In this document: positions 20,911 through 29,104 of the stretch, one piece after another
Layout of the letters: each line of letters starts with the position of its first letter
How positions within the stretch are numbered: the first letter of the stretch is position 1
Origin: a virus
Virus record (IMG/VR): IMGVR_UViG_3300032144_000028
Location: 1 to 41,452 of that record
Strand: one strand, 5' to 3'
DNA length: 41,452 nt
The notes under the pieces: generated by a model
Told to the model about the DNA's origin: nothing
Databases searched by the model: none
Seen by the model: only the letters and a program-made list of their open reading frames with translations
Translations under genes and position numbers: made by a program

Positions 20911-21384
20911 GTGCAGGGGAACGACGACCTCGACGCCCCGGTCTCCCGGCGCGAGTTCGAGGCGCGCATGGACGCCCTCGCGGCCTCCGTGCACGAGCTC
21001 AAGGACGAGCTCGCCAAGCGCTCCCCGGGCCTCGGGAACGTGCTGACGCTGGTCGCCATGGGGGTCACGGTCGTCGTCACCACGGTCCAGTCCTTCTCGC
21101 GCGTGAACTCCCTCGAGGAGTGGCGCGCCGCCCACGGGCGCTTCTCCGAGGAGAAGGCCGGCGCCCTCGACTCCGCGGTCTCGGACCTCCGCTCACGCCT
21201 GCGGGCCCTCGAGAAGGCCATCGAGGAGCAGGAGATGCAGCACCGCTGGATGGCCGACGTCACCAACCTCCGAGACCAGGAGCTCGAGCGGCTCCTGCGC
21301 CTCAAGCACCCGGAGGTGCCCGCGAGCGACTACTGGCCCCTGGGCGAGATCGGCCGGGCGGTCGGGGCCTCGGGAGGGCAGTGA
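20911..21384 (+). CDS. Membrane protein with central TM helix flanked by coiled-coil segments
   Basis: GTG 20911, 157 aa. ...LGNVLTLVAMGVTVVVTTVQSF... flanked by ...FEARMDALAASVHELKDELAK... and ...LRSRLRALEKAIEEQEMQHR... Confidence 0.55.
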   Translation: MQGNDDLDAPVSRREFEARMDALAASVHELKDELAKRSPGLGNVLTLVAMGVTVVVTTVQSFSRVNSLEEWRAAHGRFSEEKAGALDSAVSDLRSRLRALEKAIEEQEMQHRWMADVTNLRDQELERLLRLKHPEVPASDYWPLGEIGRAVGASGGQ

Positions 21385-21566
21385 AGGGCGTCCGAAAAGC
21401 CCCGGTCGGCTCCAGGTACGAGGTGCGTCTCGTCGAAAGGTGGGGCATGAACAAGCGCCTGCTCTCCCTGCTCGCCCTCGCGGTCCTGGTCGTCTCCGGC
21501 GTCTCCTTCGCGGTCGCGAAGGTGGAAGCCCTGCGCACCCAGGTCGCGACGGCGAACCTGCGGTAG
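21381..21566 (+). CDS. Small membrane-anchored protein (61 aa from GTG 21381, or 39 aa from ATG 21447)
   Basis: GTGA overlap at 21381. The internal ATG 21447 is preceded by GAAAGGTGGGG. ...MNKRLLSLLALAVLVVSGVSFAVAKVEALRTQVATANLR*. Confidence 0.45.
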   Translation: MKGVRKAPVGSRYEVRLVERWGMNKRLLSLLALAVLVVSGVSFAVAKVEALRTQVATANLR

Positions 21567-21713
21567 GATCTTCCTCCCTGATAGCGGGCCCCTCCCGGCG
21601 GTGTGCGTGACCAGCACGAGCGCCCCGCCTCGCGCGGAGGGGTGGCCCTGGTAGTGGGCCTGCATGTGCGAGCGGCGCTCCCGGCGCCGAGATCGGCTGG
21701 CCCGGGGCACCCT

Positions 21714-22490
21714 TCAGGATTCGTGGCGCGAGAGCCAGGCCGGCGGCCAGTGGCGATCGACGACCCGGGCCGTCCAGGCGCGGGGGTGGGACGGGTAGCA
21801 GCGGCGCGCCTCCGCCAGGGCCTCGGCGCGCGTCCGGTAGAGAAAGAACGAGGTGGCCACGTCCAGGGGGTGCGCGCCCCAGCGCCAGCAACCCTCGGTG
21901 TCCTCGGCCACCCCGGCGTCCAGGGCGCGCCGCGCGGCCCGCAGGAACGCCACGGCCTCCTCGGCGTTGTCCCGGTCGTTCCAGCAGGTGGAGCGCCTGG
22001 AGGGGTGCGGGAGGAGCCCCACGAGCTCGCCGCCGGCGAGCCGCGACCAGGAGCAGAAGGGGGCGTCCTCGAGGTCGAAGGCGCGCGCGACCGTGCGCCC
22101 CAGCAGGAGCAGCGGGGCCTCCTCGGCTCGCGCCGCGGACAGGAGCTCCGCCGCCCGCGGCCGGAGGCGATCGTCGGACCAGGGGCGCTCGCTCCAGGGG
22201 ACGTCCTGGAGGTTCCGCAGGGCGTAGCGGGAGCGGCCCTCGGCGCGCCATGGGACGAGGCCCTCGGGCCAGGGCTCGTCCAGGAGGCCCGCCAGGCGCC
22301 GCCCCACGGCCCCGGTGATCGCAAGGCGCGCCATCATGCGCTCGGCCTTGCGGACCCCCAGGCGCGCGCAGGCGGGGAACCAGACGGAGTCGGACGGGCC
22401 CTCACCCACGACGTGGAGCCGGGTCGGCGGTTTTTCCGGGGCGGATTCGGGCACGTGGACAACTCCCCTCGCGCGGCCGGTTCGCGTCAC
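21714..22490 (-). CDS. Uracil-DNA glycosylase-superfamily-like protein (tentative)
   Basis: 258 aa. The motif order resembles family 4/5 UDGs: ...LHVVGEGPSD... (GEGPG position), ...GRRLAGLL..., ...YALRNLQDVP..., ...LLLLGRTVARAF..., ...LLPHPSRRSTCWN... (HPS motif). An alternative GTG start at 22454 has AGGGGAG 8 nt upstream. Confidence 0.45.
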   Translation of the reverse strand: MTRTGRARGVVHVPESAPEKPPTRLHVVGEGPSDSVWFPACARLGVRKAERMMARLAITGAVGRRLAGLLDEPWPEGLVPWRAEGRSRYALRNLQDVPWSERPWSDDRLRPRAAELLSAARAEEAPLLLLGRTVARAFDLEDAPFCSWSRLAGGELVGLLPHPSRRSTCWNDRDNAEEAVAFLRAARRALDAGVAEDTEGCWRWGAHPLDVATSFFLYRTRAEALAEARRCYPSHPRAWTARVVDRHWPPAWLSRHES

Positions 22491-22750
22491 GAACTTGCCA
22501 CACCTAGCAGAAGATGGAATCGGGAACCCTGCCGATGCCGGAGGACGGTCCGGGCGCTCCGGGCCCCCGTCTCGGAACTTACCCCCTTGCGGCCCTGCGG
22601 GACCCGGCTACCCTCGGGCTTCGCTCCGTCGCGACGCGGTCGCGGGCGCGTGCCCTCCCCTCCGGGTCGGCCGCCTCCGCCCCGGGCCGAGGGCGGTCCG
22701 CCCGGCTGGCGCCGGGCGGCCCTCGGTGGCCGTCGTCGTGCCGTTCTGCC

Positions 22751-23722
22751 ATGAACCAGACGACGAGCACCTCGGCGCAGCCTACCACGCGGGTCCTCCC
22801 GCGGCTCCTGCCGTTCGAGCCCCTCGACGCGCTCGCGGCGCGCTCCCGGCGTCTGGCCGACCTGGTGGAGTCGATCTCCAGGAGGAGGGACGTGCGCGAG
22901 CTGCGCGCGCGCCTGCTCGTGCTCCTGCTCGAGCTCCGCTGCCCCGTCGGGGCGCGCCCACGCAAACCCTGGTACGTGCCCGGCGCCGTCGCGCGTCTCG
23001 GCGTGGAGGGCCTCCGGCGCGCCTGGCGGGCCTACCACGGGGGGGAGCCCCCCTGCGCCAGGACGCTGCGGGCCCACCTGGGCCTGCTCGAGCGGGTGCG
23101 GGCCGTCGGGCGCCAGCCCGGGGACTGGGTAGATGGCGAGCTGCCGGCGGAGGGCGCCTGGCGCCCCCGGCACGCGGACACGATCCACGTCCTGGAGGAC
23201 GAGGCGGCCGCCGAGGCCTGGGGCGCGCGCGTCGCCCCGGCCCTGGCCGCGCACCGGGACCTGCGCCGCAACCCGGACCGCTGGCGCCGCCTGGTGGGGC
23301 GCTGGCGCGGGCCCATCGGGCGCCAGCTGGACCTCTTCGACCCCGCTGGGCGCCCCGCGGGCTCGCCGGAGGGCCTGCCCGATCGCGTGGGTGAGGATCG
23401 CCCCGCGGGAGAGGCCCTCGCCCGCCGGCTGGCCAGCCTCGCCCAGGCGCGCTCCCAGGAGGTCCTGGACGTCCTGGCCGCCGCGCGCGACGCCGGGGCC
23501 CACCTGCGGGGGAGGGCCAGCTTCGAGCTCGCCGCGGACCGCCGGCGGGCCTTCGGGGCGGCGGCGCTGCTCGCCCGGGCCCTGGCGCGGGGCGACTGGG
23601 TGCGGAACCGGGCCGCCTGGCTGGTGCGGGCCTTCCGGTTGGCGGGGGCGGGCGAACTCGACCGTGCGGCGGCCTGGGCGGCCGGGTACGGTTCGGATCC
23701 GAGGAAGGGACGACCGAAGTGA
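22751..23722 (+). CDS. Hypothetical early protein (first gene of the + strand early block)
   Basis: ATG 22751 preferred over the track start 22514, whose extra 79 aa are Gly/Pro/Arg/Ser-rich. 323 aa, no family recognised. Confidence 0.55.
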   Translation: MNQTTSTSAQPTTRVLPRLLPFEPLDALAARSRRLADLVESISRRRDVRELRARLLVLLLELRCPVGARPRKPWYVPGAVARLGVEGLRRAWRAYHGGEPPCARTLRAHLGLLERVRAVGRQPGDWVDGELPAEGAWRPRHADTIHVLEDEAAAEAWGARVAPALAAHRDLRRNPDRWRRLVGRWRGPIGRQLDLFDPAGRPAGSPEGLPDRVGEDRPAGEALARRLASLAQARSQEVLDVLAAARDAGAHLRGRASFELAADRRRAFGAAALLARALARGDWVRNRAAWLVRAFRLAGAGELDRAAAWAAGYGSDPRKGRPK

Positions 23723-24090
23723 CCAGCCAGACCGAGCGCATCTTCGTCGCCCTCGAGCGGCGCCCCGTGGACGAGGTCCAGCTCTACGAGCTCGTGCACC
23801 GCGACGGCGGGAGCGTCGACGACTTCCTCGGGTTCCAGGACGTCCTCGCGGGGCTCGTCCGCGCCGGCCTGGTCGAGCGCACGGACCACCTCGGGCGGCG
23901 CTCGCGCGACCGGGGCCGGTTCCTCCTCGTCGGCCTCACGACGGCGGGCGCGGCGGCCGCGCGCGACCGCGTCCGGGTGCGCGCCCTCGCCCTCGAGGAG
24001 GAAGCGCGCCGGGCCGAGCGCCGCGCTCGCCTCCGCTTCCGCTGGGTCGCGCGCCTCCTCGGCGCCCTGCGTCGGAGGTTCGCGCGGTGA
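23719..24090 (+). CDS. Winged-helix-like small protein
   Basis: GTG 23719 in a GTGA overlap, 123 aa. ...ERIFVALERRPVDEVQLYELVHRDGG...FQDVLAGLVRAGLVERTD... followed by a basic helical tail. Confidence 0.5.
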   Translation: MTSQTERIFVALERRPVDEVQLYELVHRDGGSVDDFLGFQDVLAGLVRAGLVERTDHLGRRSRDRGRFLLVGLTTAGAAAARDRVRVRALALEEEARRAERRARLRFRWVARLLGALRRRFAR

Positions 24091-24890
24091 GCGCCGCCCC
24101 CTCCCGCAACCGCCTCACCTGGGCGCTGCTCCTCGTCGCGCTCTCCGGCGCCTGGTGGCTAGCCTTCGAGGCCGGCCGCGCGACGCGGCGTGCCGTCGAT
24201 CGCCGACGGATCGAGGCCGAGCCGCGCCTCCAGCTCGAACCGGGTGCCGGGGCGGTTCCCCCGGCCCTTCTTCCGGCCGTCCCAGGCGCGCGAGGCTCCG
24301 ACGCGCGCTCGGCCCCGGCTCCGGCACCCGGCCTTCCTCCTCCCGCCCACGTCCTCGAGGCCGGCGAGGCCCTCGACGCCCCGACCTTGCCCGCCGTCGC
24401 GCCCGAGGACCTCGGCCTCGAGGCGCTCGCTAGGGCCACGGTCGACCTCTGGGCCCAGGAGGAGTTCGACGCCCTGACGTCCGAGGAGCGGCGCGCGCTC
24501 CTCCCGATCGACGACACGCTACCGGTGGCGCCCGGCCGCCTTTCCGCGATGTTCGGCCGGCCCACCCACGAGGAGGTCGCGCGCGCCGCGCGCGCCCCCG
24601 AGGTGCTCGAGGCCCAGCGGGTCTTCGAGCAGCTCGACCTCGCCCTGGCCGAGCTGCAGGGGGCGCCGCGCGCGCGCCGAGCCGCCGGCTTCGAGCGGAC
24701 GCTCGAGGCCCTGCGCCGCGCGCGGGACGTCGCCTACCTCGACCTCGCGCGGGCCTGCGACCGCCTCGGCGGGTTCCGCGACTGGGAGACGCTCGCCCGC
24801 CTCTACCTCGCCTGGTCCGCGCGCGGTGCGGGGCCCTGGCGCGAACCCCCCGGGGCGACTCCCGCCGGCGGGGGCGATCGAGACCCCTGA
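24087..24890 (+). CDS. N-terminally membrane-anchored hypothetical protein
   Basis: GTG 24087 in a GTGA overlap, 267 aa. TM segment LTWALLLVALSGAWWLAF, a Pro/Ala-rich linker, then a helical C-terminal domain. Confidence 0.5.
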   Translation: MSAAPSRNRLTWALLLVALSGAWWLAFEAGRATRRAVDRRRIEAEPRLQLEPGAGAVPPALLPAVPGARGSDARSAPAPAPGLPPPAHVLEAGEALDAPTLPAVAPEDLGLEALARATVDLWAQEEFDALTSEERRALLPIDDTLPVAPGRLSAMFGRPTHEEVARAARAPEVLEAQRVFEQLDLALAELQGAPRARRAAGFERTLEALRRARDVAYLDLARACDRLGGFRDWETLARLYLAWSARGAGPWREPPGATPAGGGDRDP

Positions 24891-24905
24891 CACGAAAGGA
24901 AGACG

Positions 24906-25454
24906 ATGCGAAGCGCACGAGCTTGGCCCAGCCTGGTCCTCGGCGCGTTCCTGGCCCTCGCGGGGCGCGCGCAGGCTGGTGGAGAGGTGGGCGACGGGAC
25001 CCGGTGGACCGGGGGAGGTGGGGACGAGACCGTGACGGTCAACGTCACCCAGCACTCCTCGGCGAACTCCGCCTCGGTCACGTTCACCGACTCGAACGGC
25101 ACCAGCCCGGCCGCCTCCGGGACCCTCGGGCCGAACAGCTCCGAGGAGAACCCGACCGCGACCGAGTCCGGCGAGGGCCGGACGCCCGGCGCCGAGGGCG
25201 AGACCTACCGCGTGAAGGAGGGCAAGCCCCAGCGGAAGGGCTCGGACGGCGTCTGGCGCAACATGAAGCCCTGGAAGAAGAAGGGCACCCAGGGCGGAAG
25301 CCTCTACGAGAGCCTCGTGGCCGGCCAGCCGGCGCCCCGGGACGGGGTGCTGCGCGCGTCCGGCATGGACGACCTGCCGATCAAGCAGGGTGTCCCGGCG
25401 CCGTGGGCCGGGGTGCTCGGACCCGGCGAAGAAGTGACCAGCCTGCCCCAGTGA
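24906..25454 (+). CDS. Secreted low-complexity protein
   Basis: ATG 24906 preceded by GAAAGGAAG, 182 aa. Signal peptide MRSARAWPSLVLGAFLALAGRAQA, then a Gly/Ser/Thr/Glu-rich and Lys-rich region. Confidence 0.6.
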   Translation: MRSARAWPSLVLGAFLALAGRAQAGGEVGDGTRWTGGGGDETVTVNVTQHSSANSASVTFTDSNGTSPAASGTLGPNSSEENPTATESGEGRTPGAEGETYRVKEGKPQRKGSDGVWRNMKPWKKKGTQGGSLYESLVAGQPAPRDGVLRASGMDDLPIKQGVPAPWAGVLGPGEEVTSLPQ

Positions 25455-25469
25455 CCCCTGCGCCCGCCG

Positions 25470-25697
25470 GTGGGCCTTGTACGCCGGCACGCCTCCTTGA
25501 GCCCGAAGTCCCGCCGCCTGCTCCAGCTCGTCCTGACCGCCCTCGCCGCTGGCGCCACCACGGCCGCCCTCGACTGGGCCTCCGCGCGCTGGGAGGCGCG
25601 GCCGACGGAGCCCGCCGCGGCGAAACCCACGCGAGAACTCCGGGGGCGCGTCCTTGGCCTGCGCTGGGCCGAGCGCCCGGCCGAGCCCCGCCGGTAG
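25470..25697 (+). CDS. Small membrane protein (tentative)
   Basis: GTG 25470, 75 aa. Hydrophobic segment LLQLVLTALAAGATTAAL. Fits snugly between neighbouring genes. Confidence 0.35.
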   Translation: MGLVRRHASLSPKSRRLLQLVLTALAAGATTAALDWASARWEARPTEPAAAKPTRELRGRVLGLRWAERPAEPRR

Positions 25698-25701
25698 CGC
25701 C

Positions 25702-26013
25702 GTGGACTTCCCCGAGCTGGTGCTCGCCCTGGGCGAGTACGAGGTCCGCGCGGACCAGCTGCGACGCAGGTCGCCCTGCCGGACCTGCGGCGCACCTATC
25801 GTCTGGCACGAGACCACCGCGGGCCGGCGCATGCCCCTCGCCGCCCGAACCGGGCGCGCCTGCCGGTGCCCGGACTGCCTCGGGGCCGAGCAGCGCATCG
25901 CCTGCGCGCGCTGCCGGGGCGTCGGCCTCGTGTTTGCCGTCCTGAACCACTGGGCCGACTGCCCCCGTCCGCCCGCGCGCCGCGCCGTGGAGCCCGGCCA
26001 GCCAGGCGAGTAG
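25702..26013 (+). CDS. Cys-rich zinc-ribbon-like protein
   Basis: GTG 25702, 103 aa. ...SPCRTCGAPIVWHETTAGRRMPL...CRCPDC...CARCRG...NHWADCP... Confidence 0.5.
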   Translation: MDFPELVLALGEYEVRADQLRRRSPCRTCGAPIVWHETTAGRRMPLAARTGRACRCPDCLGAEQRIACARCRGVGLVFAVLNHWADCPRPPARRAVEPGQPGE

Positions 26014-26063
26014 GCTCGTCCCGCGACCCCGCTCGAACCACCCTCCACGAGACACCTCCTCCG

Positions 26064-26318
26064 ATGTCCAAAGAACCGAAGCCCAGCGCCAAGGCCGGCG
26101 ACCAGGTCCTGGTCCGCTACCTGGAGAACCCCAACGCCGTGCTCCGCGAGCGCCCCGGGCGCGTCGTGCGCGCGGTCGGCGACCTCCTCGACGTCGAGGT
26201 CGAGCGCCCGCGAGCCGTGCCGGTGCGCCTCTTCGGCATACCGCTGCACGAGGGCGAGGCCACCGGCGCGACCCTCCGCCCGCACTGGGCGCCGCTGCCG
26301 ACGCCGGCGAAGAAGTAG
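26064..26318 (+). CDS. Hypothetical protein
   Basis: ATG 26064, 84 aa. MSKEPKPSAKAGDQVLVRYLENPNAVLRERPGRVVRAVGDLLDVEVERPRAVPVRLFGIPLHEGE... has a small beta-barrel-like pattern. Confidence 0.5.
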   Translation: MSKEPKPSAKAGDQVLVRYLENPNAVLRERPGRVVRAVGDLLDVEVERPRAVPVRLFGIPLHEGEATGATLRPHWAPLPTPAKK

Positions 26319-26321
26319 GCC

Positions 26322-26939
26322 GTGGCCGACCAGGCCCGCCTCGAGGTGCGGGTCGACCCGCGCGAGCTCGTGCGCTTCTCTCGCACCATGGAGCTCTGGG
26401 CCCGCGACCAGCTCCCCTTCGCAACGGCCGCGGCGCTCACGGACACGGCCAAGGACGCCACCTCCTACGTCCGCAACGGCCTCGTGGAGAGCTTCAAGGT
26501 GCGCAACCCGGGCCTGCGCAACGGGATCCAGTTCGAGCCGGCGGACAAGCGCGGCCGGCCGATCACCGCCAAGGTCGGGGTGCGCCCGTGGGCCTCCTTC
26601 CTCGTCTTCCACGCGATCGGAGGCCTCAAGAGGGCCAAGACGGGCCGCGTCGCCGTGCCCTCTCGACTGGTCCAGCGAACGAGCTCCGGTCGGGTCGCCG
26701 CCAAGCACCGCCCGAGGAAGCTGCGCGAGAAGAAGTCCCTGATTCAGCCGCTGGTGGACGAGCGCGGGCTGATCGCCCTCAAGAACCGCAAGGGCGTGAC
26801 GGTCTTCTACCGGCTGGTCGCCAGCGCCAGGATCGAGCCGCGCTGGCCCTTTCAGCGGCAGGTCGAGGAGACGGTGTCCGCTCGCCTGGGCCAGCATTTC
26901 AACCGGCGGGCCGAGGAGGCCCTCCGCACCGCTCGCTAG
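26322..26939 (+). CDS. Hypothetical protein
   Basis: GTG 26322, 205 aa, balanced composition (...LPFATAAALTDTAKDATSYVRNGLVESFKVRNPGLRNGIQFEPADKRGRPITAKVGVRPWASFLVFHAIGG...). No family assigned with confidence. Confidence 0.55.
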   Translation: MADQARLEVRVDPRELVRFSRTMELWARDQLPFATAAALTDTAKDATSYVRNGLVESFKVRNPGLRNGIQFEPADKRGRPITAKVGVRPWASFLVFHAIGGLKRAKTGRVAVPSRLVQRTSSGRVAAKHRPRKLREKKSLIQPLVDERGLIALKNRKGVTVFYRLVASARIEPRWPFQRQVEETVSARLGQHFNRRAEEALRTAR

Positions 26940-26965
26940 CGGTGGAGGGGCGGAGAGGCGTCGGC

Positions 26966-27157
26966 CTAATCCAGGGGCGTCACGTGTCGCACCTCGATCT
27001 CGTGAGGCTCGCCATCCCCCCCCTGGACGAGCATCGGAGCCACGATCGGCACGGGAGCCACGACGAGCGAGGCGTGGGCCTTGAGCCAGGCGGCCACCTG
27101 GTCGACCGTGCCTGAGACGCCGACCCCGCAGCGCGCGCAGTCGGCCGCGAGGATCAC
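26966..27157 (-). CDS. Hypothetical small protein (63 aa)
   Basis: GTG 27157 in a GTGA overlap with the stop of 27154..27453. VILAADCARCGVGVSGTVDQVAAWLKAHASLVVAPVPIVAPMLVQGGDGEPHEIEVRHVTPLD*. These are the only plausible codons of the 485-aa track ORF 26966..28423. Confidence 0.4.
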   Translation of the reverse strand: MILAADCARCGVGVSGTVDQVAAWLKAHASLVVAPVPIVAPMLVQGGDGEPHEIEVRHVTPLD

Positions 27158-27453
27158 GCCTGGAACTCCTCGGGGAATGCCCAGGCGAGGCAGCCCGGGC
27201 CGTTCGCGCGCGACCAGTGGGGCAGGTCGAGCCGCGCACGGACGACCCCCTGCCCATGGGCCCAGGCCTCGCGCGTGAGGGCCTGGCGCGGATCGCCTTC
27301 GCCGACGACCACGAGGTCGACCGTCTCGCCGTCCGCGTGGACGTGCATGACGAAGGCGCCGCGGACGGGCGAGCCGCTGGGGACGTACAGGACGCGCTCG
27401 CCGAGCTTCGGCGCGCGCGGGGGAGTCAGGCGGGGGCGTTGCGTTGTGTCCAT
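27154..27453 (-). CDS. Hypothetical protein (small beta-barrel-like)
   Basis: ATG 27453, 99 aa. ...KLGERVLYVPSGSPVRGAFVMHVHADGETVDLVVVGEG... TAGCAT lies 5 nt upstream of the ATG. Confidence 0.5.
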   Translation of the reverse strand: MDTTQRPRLTPPRAPKLGERVLYVPSGSPVRGAFVMHVHADGETVDLVVVGEGDPRQALTREAWAHGQGVVRARLDLPHWSRANGPGCLAWAFPEEFQA

Positions 27454-27458
27454 GGGGG

Positions 27459-27464
27459 CATGCT
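27459..27464 (-). promoter_or_regulatory. -10-like hexamer TAGCAT, 5 nt upstream of ATG 27453 (leaderless-type start)
   Basis: The minus strand reads ...gacgctcgTAGCATgccccATG. A possible -35 TTCCCA lies 18 nt upstream. Confidence 0.35.
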
Positions 27465-27568
27465 ACGAGCGTCCTGGGCGGGGTGGGAAGGGAAGGCCCA
27501 CGCGGGTCCCTTTCGCACCAGTAAAAACGCAGGTGACGCGAGACTGCCGAAGATCTCCAGTCACGCCC

Positions 27569-27600
27569 GGTTGCACGTAGGTTGCACCCTGAGGTAGGCT
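27569..27600 (+). promoter_or_regulatory. Direct repeat GGTTGCAC-gta-GGTTGCAC plus -10-like TAGGCT; promoter/operator candidate
   Basis: GGTTGCAC at 27569-27576 and 27580-27587 (11-bp phasing). The first TTGCAC, an 18-nt spacer and TAGGCT (27595-27600) form a -35/-10 pair. TAGGCT is 9 nt upstream of ATG 27610. Confidence 0.45.
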
Positions 27601-27609
27601 CTGCCCGCC

Positions 27610-27957
27610 ATGAACGAAGCTGCCGACGGATCCGGCGCGCCGCGCGCGCTGGACCAGACCCGCTACTCCGCCCAGGTTCGAGCCCTCGCCGACGCGCTCC
27701 GCGAGGCGCACCAGGTCGTCGCGCCGATCGACCTCGGCCGGCTCGGGGACCTCCTCGAGCGCGCCGACGCCTTCGGACCGCTCCTGCACCCGAGCCAGTG
27801 GATCGCGGCGAACCACCGCGGCCAGCTCGAACTGCAGCGGGCCCTCTTCCGCTGGGCCGCCGAGACGCTGCGCGCCTTCCACGAGTGCAGACGTATCCAC
27901 GAGGGCCGGAAGGCCTCGCTCGAGACGGGCCCGCGCGGCCGGAGGGCCGCCCGGTGA
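27610..27957 (+). CDS. Hypothetical protein
   Basis: ATG 27610, 115 aa, helical-looking. First gene after the divergent control region. Confidence 0.55.
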   Translation: MNEAADGSGAPRALDQTRYSAQVRALADALREAHQVVAPIDLGRLGDLLERADAFGPLLHPSQWIAANHRGQLELQRALFRWAAETLRAFHECRRIHEGRKASLETGPRGRRAAR

Positions 27958-28310
27958 GCCTCCCGCCGAGCGCGCGTCGAGATCTTCGTACTTGGGGCGC
28001 GTCCGTAGGCCTCCCCGCCAGCGTGCGCAGCGCACTCAAGGCCGCCGGCATACCGCCGGACGGAGTCGACGCCGCACTCTGTGACGTCCTGCTCGAGCGA
28101 TGTACGCAGGCGGTGGAGTGGGGCGGCGTCGAGCACGACGACCTGCACGTTCCGAGCGAGTGGCTGGCGTTCCTCCTGAAGCAGATCGCGAAGGCGGCCG
28201 AGGACCCAGAGCCGGGCTCCGGCGAGTTCCGCGGCCGGCTCGTGCGGATCGCCGCGCTCGCGCTCGCCGCGATCGAATCGCAGGACCGCCTGACCGAGGC
28301 CGGGCAGTGA
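27954..28310 (+). CDS. Hypothetical protein (weak MazG/DUF550-like C-terminal helices)
   Basis: GTG 27954 in a GTGA overlap, 118 aa. ...EWLAFLLKQIAKAAEDPEPGSGEFRGRLVRIAALALAAIESQDRL... Confidence 0.4.
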   Translation: MSLPPSARRDLRTWGASVGLPASVRSALKAAGIPPDGVDAALCDVLLERCTQAVEWGGVEHDDLHVPSEWLAFLLKQIAKAAEDPEPGSGEFRGRLVRIAALALAAIESQDRLTEAGQ

Positions 28311-28450
28311 ACAGCAGGGAGGAGATCCTCGAGGCCGCACGTATCGCTCGCCAGGCGAGGGTCGCGATCTTCGGCGAGCTCTTCCTCGCCGAGCTCCACG
28401 ACGCCGTGGAGCTCCGCGACCAACGCGGTGGCTCGTCAAGGTCCGACTGA
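28307..28450 (+). CDS. Small hypothetical protein (47 aa)
   Basis: GTG 28307 in a GTGA overlap. VNSREEILEAARIARQARVAIFGELFLAELHDAVELRDQRGGSSRSD*. Confidence 0.3.
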   Translation: MNSREEILEAARIARQARVAIFGELFLAELHDAVELRDQRGGSSRSD

Positions 28451-28463
28451 AGAGGCCGACAGC

Positions 28464-28787
28464 ATGAGAGACGTGCTTCCCCCCAAGCCCCAGGCCGCGG
28501 GCGACTCGCCCCCGCAGATCCGCTTGCTCCCGGTGATCGTCGCCGAGGTGTCCCGCAACTGGAAGATCGGGACCCTTCAGCCTGGGGAGCAGAGGCACGC
28601 GATCTCCGCCGACTTCGAGGCCGTGATCGACGCCAACCAGGCCCGCGGGTACGCGCTTCGCGACTGGCGCCTGACCCAGACCTGGGTGCCCTTCCCGGAG
28701 CCGCACCTGGTCGAGACGATCGTGGCCGTGTTCGAGCTGCGTTACATCACGATCACGAAGGACAGCGGACTCGGTCCGAGCGCCTGA
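28464..28787 (+). CDS. Hypothetical protein
   Basis: ATG 28464 preceded by GAAGAGG (the track start GTG 28428 would overlap the previous gene), 107 aa. Visibly lower GC than its surroundings. Confidence 0.5.
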   Translation: MRDVLPPKPQAAGDSPPQIRLLPVIVAEVSRNWKIGTLQPGEQRHAISADFEAVIDANQARGYALRDWRLTQTWVPFPEPHLVETIVAVFELRYITITKDSGLGPSA

Positions 28788-29104
28788 TGGAGGTCCTCGC
28801 CGTCCTCGTCTACCGGCCGGTGGACCGGGTTCCGCCGGAGGTCCTCCTGGTCCGGCCAACCTGGGAGCTCTCCCCGGAGTCGATCGTCCAGCTACTCGCC
28901 ACGCGCTGGCGGTCCCGGGTCCACGCCCCCGCCAGCCCTGAGATCCTCGGCGAGGCGCTCGATCGGCTCGGGCTCGCGGACGGGGGACTTCAGAGGCTCT
29001 TGGCTGCGATGGAGGTGGAACTCGCGAACGGCCGCCCGACGGGCCGGTCCGGCCACCACCAGGGGCTGGTCGTCGCGCTCGAGCTGCTCGAGGTGCACGG
29101 GTGA
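28787..29104 (+). CDS. Hypothetical protein
   Basis: ATG 28787 in an ATGA overlap, 105 aa. Confidence 0.5.
   Translation: MEVLAVLVYRPVDRVPPEVLLVRPTWELSPESIVQLLATRWRSRVHAPASPEILGEALDRLGLADGGLQRLLAAMEVELANGRPTGRSGHHQGLVVALELLEVHG

Noticed and set aside
22514-22750. Upstream extension of the first early gene (track start 22514)
   Set aside because: The extra 79 residues are Gly/Pro/Arg/Ser-rich and low in complexity. ATG 22751 begins a sequence of normal composition. The stretch more likely holds the divergent promoters; a weak TTGCGG-N16-TACCCT candidate lies at 22587-22614.
27158-28423. Remainder of the 485-aa minus ORF 26966..28423
   Set aside because: It is an Arg/Pro/Gly-rich translation antisense to plausible + strand genes and spans the divergent control region. 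Only the last 63 codons, from GTG 27157, are kept.
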